Assembly (NCBI GenBank): GCA_947627225.1
Contig: CANQVB010000002.1
Coordinates: 1-56,040 of the forward strand
Reading direction: 5' to 3'
Length of the DNA stretch: 56,040 nucleotides
DNA from: an uncultured Bacilli bacterium
GTDB taxonomy: Bacteria; Bacillota_I; Bacilli_A; RF39; UBA660
Shown here in pieces: positions 54,932-56,040 of the stretch (positions are counted from its first letter, which is position 1; every line of letters starts with the position of its first letter). The notes below the pieces were generated by a model, which was not told the origin of the DNA, ran no database searches, and saw nothing but the letters and a program-made list of their open reading frames with translations. Position numbers and translations under genes: made by a program.

Positions 54932-56040
54932 ATGACAAAAGTAAAAGAAAAAGAGAAAGTAAAAGAAAAAGAAGTGGTAAAAACAAAAGAAAAGAAACCA
55001 ACAACACGAAAAAAGTATGAGAATCCTAAAATCAACATTATTAAGAAAAATGGAACAAGACAACCATTCGATGGGGCAAAGATTCAAGCTGCCATTGAAA
55101 AAAGTGCAGAACGTGTTATGGTAGATTTGACAGAGGAAGCCAAAGAAGAAGTTGTTCATATTGTCATTGATTTATTAAAAAATCAAACGAGTGATGCAGA
55201 GGTGAGCCAAATCCACAATTGTGTAGAAGCAGCGCTTGAACAAGTAAATCCTTTGGTTGCTAAAAGTTATAGGGAGTATAGAAATTATAAGAATGACTTC
55301 GTTCATATTTTAGATAAAGTCTACAAAAAAGCACAAGCAATCAATTATATTGGGGATAAAGAAAACTCCAATACAGATAGTGCGCTTGTATCAACACAGA
55401 GAAGTTTGGTATATGGAAACTTAAATAAAGAGCTTTATAAGAAATTCTTTTTAACCAAAGCAGAGATTGAAGCTTGTGAAGATGGTTATATTTATGTACA
55501 TGATATGAGTGCAAGAAGAGACACCATGAATTGTTGTTTATGTGATGTTGGTGCTGTCATGAAAGATGGCTTTGAAATGGGAAATCTTTGGTACAATGAA
55601 CCAAAAACCCTGGATACTGCTTACGATGTTATGGGTGATGTCATTATCAACACTGCCGCAATGCAATATGGTGGATTTACAGTGCCAGAAGTAGATACAA
55701 TTCTAACACCATATGCCAAGAAAAGTTACAACAAGTATTATGAAGAATATATGGAAATTACAGGTGGAAGTGATCCATCAAAAGCGGAAGAATATGCCTG
55801 GAAAAAGACACGAAGAGAGTGTGAACAAGGCTATCAAGGTATTGAGTATAAACTGAATACGGTTGGATCTTCCCGTGGTGATTATCCGTTTATTACTTTC
55901 TCATTCGGCCTTGGTACTGGGCGCTTTGCAAAAATGTGCTCGATCGCTATGATGCAGGTCCATCAGGAAGGACAGGGTAAAAAAGGCTTCAAGCGCCCGG
56001 TATTGTTCCCGAAGTACGTATTTTTATATGACGAGAACCT
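54932..56040 (+). CDS. nrdD: Anaerobic ribonucleoside-triphosphate reductase, 3' end outside the window
   Basis: Hand-translated open frame to the window end. K/E-rich N-terminal tail, ATP-cone IIKKNGTRQPFDGAKIQAAIEKSA, YVHDMSARRDTMNCCLCDV, PFITFSFGLGTG. RBS AAGGGAG. Confidence 0.85.
   Translation, partial: MTKVKEKEKVKEKEVVKTKEKKPTTRKKYENPKINIIKKNGTRQPFDGAKIQAAIEKSAERVMVDLTEEAKEEVVHIVIDLLKNQTSDAEVSQIHNCVEAALEQVNPLVAKSYREYRNYKNDFVHILDKVYKKAQAINYIGDKENSNTDSALVSTQRSLVYGNLNKELYKKFFLTKAEIEACEDGYIYVHDMSARRDTMNCCLCDVGAVMKDGFEMGNLWYNEPKTLDTAYDVMGDVIINTAAMQYGGFTVPEVDTILTPYAKKSYNKYYEEYMEITGGSDPSKAEEYAWKKTRRECEQGYQGIEYKLNTVGSSRGDYPFITFSFGLGTGRFAKMCSIAMMQVHQEGQGKKGFKRPVLFPKYVFLYDEN

Noticed and set aside
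54782-55159. 125-aa minus-strand ORF of F/L/C-rich low complexity
   Set aside because: It is antisense to the K/E-rich N-terminus of nrdD and the A-rich intergenic region, so it is an artefact of AAG/GAA repeats.

Overview
Low-GC Bacillota (Firmicutes) chromosomal segment from a sporulation-capable lineage (spo0A and a cse60-like gene are present), read almost entirely on the + strand. The core is housekeeping. A split glycolytic cluster (gap, pgk, tpiA, later gpmA) is interrupted by a glycolipid module and other genes. The complete S10-spc-alpha ribosomal cluster runs rpsJ to rplQ (21.4-35.4 kb) with secY, adk, map, infA, rpmJ and rpoA, and has no rpmD. Also present are proS, T-box-controlled leuS, dinB, two FemAB-family genes and nrdD (3' end outside the window). 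Five things stand out. (1) A family of four paralogous cytoplasmic proteins is built from strict 34-residue tandem repeats that I cannot assign to a known family. Three sit in tandem right after spo0A (10.4-14.3 kb) and one 18-repeat copy lies at 42.1-44.5 kb, carrying a 99%-identical 306-bp internal duplication. (2) A duplicated type I toxin-antitoxin-like module (30-aa hydrophobic peptide plus convergent promoter-to-terminator small RNA) is wedged between srtB and the S10 operon promoter. (3) leuS carries an in-frame insertion of about 145 aa with a perfect Nudix box, plus a degenerate KMSKS loop. (4) An ATP-cone NrdD paralogue lacks the glycyl-radical/Zn-ribbon C-terminus and is divergent from the canonical nrdD. 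(5) Smaller oddities include a frameshifted GNAT gene, an acidic tail on L3, a divergent ThyX-like ORF and an N/Q-rich membrane protein. All family calls come from motif recognition by eye; no database search was possible.
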